Source: an uncultured Candidatus Binatia bacterium
Lineage (GTDB): Bacteria; Desulfobacterota; Binatia; UBA9968; JAJDTQ01
DNA length: 64,000 bases
Direction: 5' to 3'
NCBI GenBank assembly: GCA_965242525.1
Contig: OZ251459.1
Span: 2,944,001 to 3,008,000, forward strand
The notes under the pieces are model-generated. The model made no database searches, was not told the origin of the DNA, and worked only from the letters and a program-made list of their open reading frames with translations. Within the stretch, counting starts at the first letter, position 1, and every line of letters starts with the position of its first letter. A program made the translations under genes and the position numbers. Shown in pieces: positions 55,002 to 64,000 of the stretch.

Positions 55002-56561
55002 ATGGACCCCATATACTTCACCACGCCGCTGTACTACGTGAACGCCCAGCCGCACCTGGGGCACACCTACACGACCATCATCGCGGACACCCTCAAGCGC
55101 TACCACCGCATGCGGGACCGGGACGTGTATCTGCTCACCGGCACGGACGAGCACGGGGACAAGATCGCCCAGGCCGCGGCCGCGGACCACACCGGGCCCA
55201 AGGAGTACGCGGACCGCATCAGCGCGCTGTTCCGCGCCACCTGGGACGAGTGCGGCATCGACTACGACCACTTCATCCGCACCACGGACGACTACCACAA
55301 GGCCACGGTCAGCCGCATCCTGCAACGGATCCACGACGCCGGCGACATCTACTTCGGGGAGTACGGCGGTTTCTACTGCTACGGCTGCGAGCGCTTCTAC
55401 ACCGAGAAGGAGTTGCAGGAGGGCAACTGCCCCGACCACCAGACCCCGGCAACGTACATCGAGGAGAAGAACTACTTCTTCCGCATGGGCAAGTACCAGG
55501 ACCGGCTCATGGACCACATCCACCGCAACCCGGGGTTCATCACTCCCCAGCGGTACCGCACCGAGGTGCTGTCGTTCCTGCGCGAGCCCCTGGAGGACCT
55601 GTGCATCTCCCGGCCCCGGAGCCGGCTGCAATGGGGCATCCCGCTGACCTTCGACCAGGACTACGTGACCTACGTGTGGTTCGACGCGCTCATCAACTAC
55701 GTGAGCGCGCTGGAGGCCAAGGGCGCGGACTTCTTCGACGCCTACTGGCCCCGGGCGAACCACATCATCGCCAAGGACATACTCAAGCCCCACGCCGTGT
55801 TCTGGCCCACCATGCTCATGGCCGCGGGCCTGCCGCTCTACGACGAGTTGCACGTGCACGGCTACTGGATCATGGACAGCGGCAAGATGTCCAAGAGCCT
55901 GGGCAACGTGGTGCGCCCCCTGGACATGAAGGAGCGCTACGGCATGGACGCGTTCCGCTACTACCTGCTGCGCGAGATGGCGTTCGGCCAGGACTCCGCG
56001 TTCTCGCTGGAAGCGTTCGTGAACCGGGTCAACGCCGACCTGGCCAACAACCTGGGCAACCTGGTGAGCCGGGTCCTGGCCATGCAGAAGCGCTACTTCG
56101 GCGGAGTGGTGCAGCCCATGGGCCATGAACTCCGGGCCGAGGACCGGGAGTTGAAGGAGGCGTTCCTCGCCGCGGCCGCCAACATGGACCGGCACATGGA
56201 GGAGCTGGCCTTCCACCGGGCGCTGGAGTCGGTGTTCGCAGCGCTGGACCGGGCCAACCAGTACATCGTGCAGACGGCCCCGTTCACACTGGTCAAGGAC
56301 CCCGGGCAGAAGGCGCGGGTGGGCGAGATCCTCCACCACCTGCTGGAGGGCGTGCGCTTCACAGGCGAGTTGCTGGAACCCTTCCTGCCGGAGACGGGCG
56401 CCGCGGTGCGCAACCTCCTGGGACTGCCCGCCGGGGGTTCGCTCCGCACCGAGTGGGGCGGCTCCTTCCCCGAAGGGCACCGGGTCGAGCCGCCCGAGAT
56501 GCTGTTTCCCAGGATCGAGGAGACGGAGAGCGCCGGCGAAGGGAACGGTTCGGAAGGATGA
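55002..56561 (+). CDS. metG: Methionyl-tRNA synthetase (short form)
   Basis: TTPLYYVN..PHLGH, YVWFDAL, KMSKS, LFPRI. Confidence 0.96.
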   Translation: MDPIYFTTPLYYVNAQPHLGHTYTTIIADTLKRYHRMRDRDVYLLTGTDEHGDKIAQAAAADHTGPKEYADRISALFRATWDECGIDYDHFIRTTDDYHKATVSRILQRIHDAGDIYFGEYGGFYCYGCERFYTEKELQEGNCPDHQTPATYIEEKNYFFRMGKYQDRLMDHIHRNPGFITPQRYRTEVLSFLREPLEDLCISRPRSRLQWGIPLTFDQDYVTYVWFDALINYVSALEAKGADFFDAYWPRANHIIAKDILKPHAVFWPTMLMAAGLPLYDELHVHGYWIMDSGKMSKSLGNVVRPLDMKERYGMDAFRYYLLREMAFGQDSAFSLEAFVNRVNADLANNLGNLVSRVLAMQKRYFGGVVQPMGHELRAEDRELKEAFLAAAANMDRHMEELAFHRALESVFAALDRANQYIVQTAPFTLVKDPGQKARVGEILHHLLEGVRFTGELLEPFLPETGAAVRNLLGLPAGGSLRTEWGGSFPEGHRVEPPEMLFPRIEETESAGEGNGSEG

Positions 56562-57415
56562 CCCGCGCAGACCCGGGGCCGGCCGCCCTCATCGACACCC
56601 ACTGCCACGTCCAGACCGAAGAGTTCGATGCGGATCGGGAGGCGGTGCTGACCCGGGCCCGGGGCGCGGGCGTGGAGACCCTGGTGGTGGTGGGAGGCGC
56701 GGGCGACCTCTCCGCCAACGACAAGGCGGTGGCCCTCACGGAACGGCACGCCGGCCTCTTTGCCACCGTGGGCATGCACCCCCACGACGCCAAGGATGTG
56801 GGGGCGGAGGCCATGGACCGGCTGCGCAGCTTGGCTAGGCATCCCAAAGTGGTGGCCATCGGGGAGACCGGCCTCGACTTCCACTACGAGCACTCGCCCC
56901 GGCAGGCGCAGAGGGACATGTTCGAGCGTTTCGTCGCACTGGCGTTGGAGACCAAGTTGCCCATCGTGGTGCACAACCGGGAGTCGGACCGGGAGGTGGC
57001 GGAAACCATCCGGGAGCGCGGCAAAGGAAAGCTCGCGGGGGTCATCCACTGCTTCAGCAGCGACGCGGACGCGGCGCGGAGCTTCCTCGACCTGGGCTTC
57101 TACCTGTCGTTCTCGGGCATCGTCACCTTCCGGAACGCGGAAACGCTGCGGGACGTGGCCCGCTGGGTCCCCTTGGACCGCCTGCTCGTGGAGACCGACG
57201 CGCCGTTCCTGGCGCCCGTTCCCAAGCGGGGGCAGCGCAACGAGCCCGCCCACGTCCGTTTCGTGGCCGAGACCCTGGCCCGCGTGAGAGGGGTGGGCGT
57301 CGAAGAGGTCGCCCACGCCACCACTCGCAACGCCCGGACGCTGTTCGGGCTGCCGTCGGGGGAGACAGCGCCGGAAACCGGCGCGGCCGCTCCGGTCCGG
57401 GACGGGCCGACATAG
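56558..57415 (+). CDS. tatD: TatD-family DNase
   Basis: DTHCH, GMHPH, GETGLD, HCFS, ETDAP. Confidence 0.93.
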   Translation: MTRADPGPAALIDTHCHVQTEEFDADREAVLTRARGAGVETLVVVGGAGDLSANDKAVALTERHAGLFATVGMHPHDAKDVGAEAMDRLRSLARHPKVVAIGETGLDFHYEHSPRQAQRDMFERFVALALETKLPIVVHNRESDREVAETIRERGKGKLAGVIHCFSSDADAARSFLDLGFYLSFSGIVTFRNAETLRDVARWVPLDRLLVETDAPFLAPVPKRGQRNEPAHVRFVAETLARVRGVGVEEVAHATTRNARTLFGLPSGETAPETGAAAPVRDGPT

Positions 57416-57440
57416 GGAACCCCTGAACAAGGATGCGTCC

Positions 57441-58427
57441 ATGATCGACGGGGCCACGAAGCTCCTGGGGGTGATGGGATGGCCGGTGGAGCATTCCCTG
57501 TCGCCGGTCATGCAGAACGCCGCCATCCGGGCCGCGGGGATCAACGCCTTCTACGTTCCCCTTCCGTGTTCGCCCGGGAACCTCGGCCAAGCCGTGGCCG
57601 GACTGCGCGCCGTGGGGTTCGTCGGCGCCAACGTGACCATCCCGCACAAGCAGGCGGTCATCGAGCATCTGGACGGGCTGACCGACGAATCCCGCTTCAC
57701 GGGCAGCGTCAACACGCTGTACTGGCAGGGCGACCGGCTGATGGGGACCACCACCGACGCCGCGGGTGCGGTCTCGAACCTCCATGAGGCCGGCGTCGAG
57801 CTCGACGGCAAGCGCGTCACGCTCCTGGGGACCGGGGGCGCGGCCCGGGCGCTGGCCTTCGCGTTGGCCCGGGGCGGCGGCTCGGGCACGGGCGGCAGCT
57901 CGGGCACGGGCGGCAGCTCGGGCACGGGCGGCAGCTCGGGCGCGGGCGGCAGATCGGGCGCAGGCGGCAGATCGGGCGCAGGCGGCAGCGACGCAGTGTT
58001 CCGGCTGCCGGAGCTCACCCTGCTGGGCCGGGACCGCGGCAAGGCCGACCGGCTGGCCCGGGATGTGGCGGCGGGCGCCGCTTCGACCACCGCGGTGCGG
58101 TCCGGCCTGCTGGCGGAGTTCGCCGGGCGCGGAAAGGAGGCCGACCTCATCGTCAACTGCACTTCCGCGGGCATGGCCCCGGACGTCGAGGGATGCCCCA
58201 TCGACGCCGACCTCCTGGAGCCGCGCCACGTGGTCCACGACATCGTCTATCGACCCCGCGAGACGGCGCTGCTCAGGGAAGCAAGGCGAAAGGGATGCCG
58301 CACCGTCGAGGGCATCGGTATGCTCGTGCACCAGGGCGCCGCGTCCTTTCGGGCGTGGTTCGGCCGCGACGCGGACACGACGGCGATGTTCGAGACCTTG
58401 GCGCCCTTCGGTTACGGGAACGTCTGA
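57441..58427 (+). CDS. aroE: Shikimate dehydrogenase with a Gly/Ser repeat insert
   Basis: HSLSP, NVTIPHK, VNT, GTGGAAR, NCTS.GM, DIVY, GMLVHQG. Confidence 0.92.
   Translation: MIDGATKLLGVMGWPVEHSLSPVMQNAAIRAAGINAFYVPLPCSPGNLGQAVAGLRAVGFVGANVTIPHKQAVIEHLDGLTDESRFTGSVNTLYWQGDRLMGTTTDAAGAVSNLHEAGVELDGKRVTLLGTGGAARALAFALARGGGSGTGGSSGTGGSSGTGGSSGAGGRSGAGGRSGAGGSDAVFRLPELTLLGRDRGKADRLARDVAAGAASTTAVRSGLLAEFAGRGKEADLIVNCTSAGMAPDVEGCPIDADLLEPRHVVHDIVYRPRETALLREARRKGCRTVEGIGMLVHQGAASFRAWFGRDADTTAMFETLAPFGYGNV
57873..57989 (+). repeat. 18-bp in-frame tandem repeat, about 6.5 units
   Basis: GGCGGCAGCTCGGGCACG units encoding GGSSGT/GGRSGA. Confidence 0.9.
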
Positions 58428-58435
58428 ACAATAAG

Positions 58436-58500
58436 CGCGTCCTTCGACTTCGCTTCGCTACGCTCAGGACGAACGGGGGTAATCGTTCGGAGTTTCCCTA
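58436..58500 (-). repeat. Repeat family A plus one MITE end
   Basis: CGCGTCCTTCGACTTCGCTTCGCTACGCTCAGGACGAACGG...ATCGTTCGGAGTTTCCCT. Confidence 0.85.
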
Positions 58501-58534
58501 CGGGTGACTGCCCAGAGTTTCCTTGCGGATGACG

Positions 58535-58575
58535 AAAAGAGAAAGGGGAGAGGGCTTGCGCCCTCTCCCCTTTCG
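58535..58575 (-). terminator. Intrinsic terminator of groEL (possibly bidirectional)
   Basis: GAAAGGGGAGAGGGC-TTGC-GCCCTCTCCCCTTTC hairpin, followed by TCTTTT on minus strand. Confidence 0.75.
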
Positions 58576-58599
58576 AGTCGGCCCGGGTTTCGGCCCGGG

Positions 58600-60231
<1,632 letters not shown>

Positions 60232-60522
60232 TTACTCGACGATCCCGAGGATGTCGTCTTCCCGCATGATGAGATGCTCGTCGCCGTCCAACTGGATCTC
60301 GGTGCCGGAATACTTCCCGAACAGCACCTTGTCCCCTTCCTTGACGTCGAGAGCGACGACCTTGCCGTCCTCGCGCTTGCCTGAGCCAACGGCGACCACC
60401 ATGCCCTCCTGAGGCTTTTCCTTGGCCGTGTCAGGGATGATGATGCCACCCGCGGTCTTCTCTTCCTCGTCCAGCCTCTTGACGATGATCCTGTCGTGCA
60501 AAGGCTTTACTCTTGCCGGCAT
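60232..60522 (-). CDS. groES: Co-chaperonin GroES
   Basis: [27 protein letters not shown]. Confidence 0.97.
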   Translation of the reverse strand: MPARVKPLHDRIIVKRLDEEEKTAGGIIIPDTAKEKPQEGMVVAVGSGKREDGKVVALDVKEGDKVLFGKYSGTEIQLDGDEHLIMREDDILGIVE

Positions 60523-60562
60523 AGAAACCTCCCTTGAGAGTGTGATGATGGGTTTGGGCGCG

Positions 60563-60590
60563 AATCTAACCACGATTTCCTTGCAGTCAA
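60563..60590 (-). promoter_or_regulatory. Putative promoter of groES-groEL
   Basis: TTGACT-16bp-TAGATT on minus strand. Confidence 0.45.
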
Positions 60591-60693
60591 GAGGGTGACG
60601 GTTGGAAAATTTCGTAGTAGAGTCCCCTTGCGGCTCCGGCGCGGGACCTTGCGCGGTCCGTCCGGGGCCAATCCCCTCATGGAGGTGTGACAG

Positions 60694-61314
60694 GTGCTGA
60701 AGATCTGGGGAAGGAAGACGTCGTCCAACGTGCAGAAGGTCCTGTGGTGCTGCGGGGAGCTGGGGGTCCCGTTCGAGCGCGTGGACATTGGCGGGGAGTT
60801 CGGCAAGAACCGGGAACGGCCCTACCTGGACCTGAACCCCAACGGCGTGGTGCCCACCATTGAGGACGACGGTTTCGTGCTGTGGGAGTCCAACAGCATC
60901 GTCCGCTACCTGGTCAACAAGTACGGCGGCGGGAAGCTGGTCCCGCAGACGCCCGAAGGACGGGGCGACGCCAACCGCTGGATGGACTGGCAGCTCACCA
61001 CCATGAACGCGGCCATGGTGCCGGTCTTCTTCGGCATGGTGCGGACCCCCGAGGACCGGCGCGACATGGCCGCCATCGAGAAGGCCCTCGGGGAAGCGGG
61101 GGCCAAGTGGGAGATCGTCGAACGGCATCTCCAAGGCCGCGACTACCTCGCGGGCGAGTCCTTCACCATCGGTGACATGCCTCTGGGCATCTGGGCCTAC
61201 CGCTGGTTCGCCATGGCCATCGACCGCCCCTCGCTGCCCAACGTGGAAGCGTGGTACGGACGGCTCCGGGAGCGCCCGCCCTACGGGGAGCACGTCATGA
61301 TTCCGCTTGGCTGA
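60694..61314 (+). CDS. Glutathione S-transferase (GstB/YliJ-like)
   Basis: [32 protein letters not shown]. Confidence 0.9.
   Translation: MLKIWGRKTSSNVQKVLWCCGELGVPFERVDIGGEFGKNRERPYLDLNPNGVVPTIEDDGFVLWESNSIVRYLVNKYGGGKLVPQTPEGRGDANRWMDWQLTTMNAAMVPVFFGMVRTPEDRRDMAAIEKALGEAGAKWEIVERHLQGRDYLAGESFTIGDMPLGIWAYRWFAMAIDRPSLPNVEAWYGRLRERPPYGEHVMIPLG
61296..61314 (+). repeat. 19-bp direct repeat, copy 1 (GST 3' end)
   Basis: CATGATTCCGCTTGGCTGA, identical at 62718-62736. Confidence 0.9.
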
Positions 61315-61474
61315 GGGGACTCCCTCCCGAACGGCGCGTCCACGACGCAGGACCACTCCACGGATCCGGACGGAAACCACGCGGAAACGAAGTGGAAATG
61401 AAACGCGGATCAGTGTACGATTTCCCCAACGAAAACAACGAAGTCATGTGAAATGAACGGGAAATGATCCGTAA

Positions 61475-62716
61475 GTGAAACCCGAAGAAGTCAGCCGCTA
61501 CGCCGCTCCGAAACAGTGGATACGCCACGACGCCGCGGCCGTCTTCGACCTGCTGGTGGAGGCTCGGACCGCCGGGGGCGTGCTGAACCGGCTGCCGTAC
61601 CTGCGTCGATGGATCGAGCAGGTCCACGAAGAGCAACTGCGTTTGGAGGCGGCGGGCACCTCGCGCATCGAAGGCGCGGAGTTCACCCGGCCGGAAGAGG
61701 ATGAAGCCCTGGCTCCCGACGCTGCCGCTCGCACCGACCTGACCCGTTCCCAGCGGCAGTTGCGGTCCGCGGACGCCGCCTACCGCTGGCTGCGCGGCCA
61801 ACCGGCCGACCGCGGGGTCACCGCCGAGTTCATCCTCGGCGTCCACCGGCGCATCGTGACCGGCTGCGACGACGACCATTGCGAGCCCGGGGCGCTGCGG
61901 CCCGCGGACTGGAACGTCACCTTCGGCACGCCCCGCTGCCGCGGGGTCCGGGGCGGCGACGCCTGCCGGGCGGCTTTCGAGGCCCTTTGCGCGGCCGTAG
62001 CCGGGGAGTTCCGGCAACACGACCGCATCATCCAGGCCGTGGCCGTCCACTACCACATCGGCGCCATGCACCCCTTCGGCGACGGCAACGGCCGCACCGC
62101 CCGTGCCATGGAAGCGTTCATGCTGCGGCAGGCCGGCGTCAACGACGTGGTCATGGTCAGCCTGTCCAACGACTACTACGAGCGCAAGGACCAATACATG
62201 GCGGCGCTGTACGAGTCCCGGCGGAACGGACACGACCTCACGCCGTTCCTCCGGTTCGCCCTGTCCGCGGTGACCCGGAGGTGCAACGCCGTCGCCGCGG
62301 CCATCGTCGCCAACAACCGGCGAACCCTGTTCCGCGAATTCGCCACGTCGCTGTTCGGACGTCTGCGCAGCCCCCGCCGGCGAGTCCTGGCGGAACGGCA
62401 ACTGAATATCCTGGAGACCCTGCTGGACGGCGGCGGCTCGATGGGCCTGGATGATATGGGGAAACGATCCTTCATCCATTACCAAGGTCTCAAGTTTCCC
62501 GCTCGCGCGCTGGCGCGTGATCTGGCCGGGCTGCTGGACCTGTCCGCCATCACCTACGACAGCCACGCCGAACGGCTCGCCGTCAACCTGGACTGGCCGC
62601 AACAGACGTCGGAATCGGAGATGATGGAACGGTACGAAAAGATGCCGCCTGCTGCGTCCACCCGGCATCCGGCCATGACGGAACTGTCCGGACTCCTGGG
62701 CCGCCGGCGCCCCTGA
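61475..62716 (+). CDS. Fic-domain protein
   Basis: HPFGDGNGRTAR; TSRIEG inhibitory-helix-like motif; HTH-like C-terminus. Confidence 0.9.
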   Translation: MKPEEVSRYAAPKQWIRHDAAAVFDLLVEARTAGGVLNRLPYLRRWIEQVHEEQLRLEAAGTSRIEGAEFTRPEEDEALAPDAAARTDLTRSQRQLRSADAAYRWLRGQPADRGVTAEFILGVHRRIVTGCDDDHCEPGALRPADWNVTFGTPRCRGVRGGDACRAAFEALCAAVAGEFRQHDRIIQAVAVHYHIGAMHPFGDGNGRTARAMEAFMLRQAGVNDVVMVSLSNDYYERKDQYMAALYESRRNGHDLTPFLRFALSAVTRRCNAVAAAIVANNRRTLFREFATSLFGRLRSPRRRVLAERQLNILETLLDGGGSMGLDDMGKRSFIHYQGLKFPARALARDLAGLLDLSAITYDSHAERLAVNLDWPQQTSESEMMERYEKMPPAASTRHPAMTELSGLLGRRRP

Positions 62717-62717
62717 C

Positions 62718-62736
62718 CATGATTCCGCTTGGCTGA
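62718..62736 (+). repeat. 19-bp direct repeat, copy 2
   Basis: CATGATTCCGCTTGGCTGA. Confidence 0.9.
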
Positions 62737-62743
62737 ACAAGGT

Positions 62744-62763
62744 TGCATTACCCCGGTAATGCA
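62744..62763. promoter_or_regulatory. Palindromic operator upstream of the AbrB antitoxin
   Basis: TGCATTACC-CC-GGTAATGCA. Confidence 0.6.
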
Positions 62764-62778
62764 CGCCAGGATGCCCCC

Positions 62779-63039
62779 ATGTCGTCCATGGAATCGAGGA
62801 TTACCTCCCAAGGCCAGACCTCCGTCCCCGCCCGCATCCGCCGCAAGCTGGGCCTGACCCCGGGGTCGGTGGTCGAGTGGCGCGAGCGGGGTGACGAGGT
62901 CGTGGTCCGGCGTGCTTCGAAGCGTTCGTCACAGGACATCCACGACGCGGTGTTCGCCGCGCCTCCGGACCCGGTCAGCGTCGCCGGAATGGACGACGGC
63001 ATCCGAGACCACTTGCGACGCAAGCATGCGCGCCCTTGA
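62779..63039 (+). CDS. AbrB/MazE-family antitoxin
   Basis: SRITSQGQTSVPARIRRKLGLTPGSVVEW. Confidence 0.88.
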   Translation: MSSMESRITSQGQTSVPARIRRKLGLTPGSVVEWRERGDEVVVRRASKRSSQDIHDAVFAAPPDPVSVAGMDDGIRDHLRRKHARP

Positions 63040-63095
63040 CACGAACCTCCTGGTCCGGTTGATCGTGCGCGATGACGCGCAACAGGCGGACCGTG
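63026..63095 (+). pseudogene. Truncated VapC/PIN toxin remnant
   Basis: MRALDTNLLVRLIVRDDAQQA followed by unrelated sequence. Confidence 0.78.
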
Positions 63096-63206
63096 GCACG
63101 CATCGACGGCGCCGTCAGCCCCTGATCCACAAAACAGCGGAGGGCAATACGCCGGCATCCGGCCATGACGGAGCCGTCAAGACTCCTGGACCGGCGCCGC
63201 CCCTGG

Positions 63207-63509
63207 TTACGCGCTCGCCTCTCTCCTACCCTTGAGCGTGGGCAGGGATTCGATGCTCTTGGCGGCTTTCCGCTCCGCAACCCGCAACTCGTAGAGTTTC
63301 TGCAAGTTCATCCAGAACTCCGGGCTGGTGCTGAAGAAATGGCCCAGCCGCAGGGCCGTATCGCCGGTAACCGCCCGCCGTCCGTTGAGGATCCCGGTAA
63401 TGCGGTTGGTCGGCACCCGGATCTGCCGAGCAAGCGCCGCGGCGCTCATGCCCAACTCCTTCAACTCGTCGGCGAGATGTTCCCCGGGGTGGATTCCAGG
63501 TAATGGCAT
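63207..63509 (-). CDS. higA: HigA-family antitoxin
   Basis: IHPGEHL, RITGILNGRRAVTGDTALRLGHFFSTSPEFWMNLQ. Confidence 0.93.
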   Translation of the reverse strand: MPLPGIHPGEHLADELKELGMSAAALARQIRVPTNRITGILNGRRAVTGDTALRLGHFFSTSPEFWMNLQKLYELRVAERKAAKSIESLPTLKGRREASA

Positions 63510-63522
63510 GACGGTTTTTCCC

Positions 63523-63805
63523 TCAGTGATAGTCAACGATCTCTACATTCAAAGGTCCCGGGGACCAATTCGGCCACTCGAAGCAGATCCGCCATCGGTC
63601 GTTGATGCGGATGCTGTACTGACCTTTTCGGTCTCCCTTCAGGGTTTCGAAGCGGTTGCTGCGCAATGCGGCAAGATCCCGTCGAACACGCTGACTCCAG
63701 CCGGTCCATCTTCAACCGGGCGGCGCGCTCGATGCCCGAGAAAGCGCTGATCCGGTTCCCGTCTGCAAAGTCTCTGGTTCGCTTATCGCGATAGCCGATG
63801 ATCAT
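63523..63805 (-). pseudogene. higB: Frameshifted HigB (RelE-type) toxin
   Basis: MIIGYRDKRT...LESA, then shifted frame DLAALRSNRFETLKGDRKGQYSIRINDRWRICF...EIVDYH*; 283 nt, not a multiple of 3. Confidence 0.85.
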
Positions 63806-63810
63806 CGTCA

Positions 63811-63847
63811 ACCCTATCCTGCGTTATGCGTTACGTCAAGAGTAACG
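63811..63847 (-). promoter_or_regulatory. higBA promoter with overlapping palindromic operator
   Basis: TTGACG-17bp-TAGGGT; CGTTAC-N7-GTAACG at 63829-63847. Confidence 0.6.
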
Positions 63848-64000
63848 GACAATCCGGACGCAAACCTTACCACCAGAAGCAAACACCGTGCCGATACTTC
63901 AAGCTGAAGTTCTGGCGCGGTGACAAGCGAACTGGTTGTTTTCATTGGGTTTTACGCTGTGGAGAGGGAGGGTTTCTGACTACATATGGAGTTTGACGCC

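Noticed and set aside
60520-60550. CIRCE operator upstream of groES
   Set aside because: Only a weak half-site (CACACTC); no GAGTGCTAA arm
61375-61470. Repeated GAAA(T/C)GA motifs upstream of fic
   Set aside because: Irregular spacing; cannot support an operator or iteron call

Overview
GC-rich bacterial chromosomal window. The gene set and order look deltaproteobacterial (inference only). Core and metabolic content: an Aap/Bzt-type amino-acid ABC operon, an ATP-grasp/alpha-E/transglutaminase operon followed by amtB, a binding-protein/histidine-kinase/Rsb partner-switching cluster, a liv-type ABC operon, sthA, a long aromatic or N-heterocycle catabolic cluster, pilD with minor pilins, tmk-holB-metG-tatD-aroE, groES-groEL and a GST. 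Between these sit small accessory inserts. These include a solo HsdR_N nuclease, a DUF262+HEPN pair, a Fic gene bounded by 19-bp direct repeats, and about eight toxin-antitoxin loci, in almost all of which the toxin is truncated, frameshifted or absent. A roughly 6 kb candidate defence island (43.8-49.7 kb) carries two PD-(D/E)xK-like genes, each directly upstream of a copy of the 5' end of an RNase J-like metallo-beta-lactamase gene, plus a methyltransferase-HNH fusion and an IS1595 relic. Two palindromic repeat families are abundant. One is carried inside a TIR-bounded MITE. The other brackets decayed GIY-YIG nuclease remnants. No CRISPR array, rRNA or tRNA was recognised. All family calls come from motif recognition by eye, with no database search.
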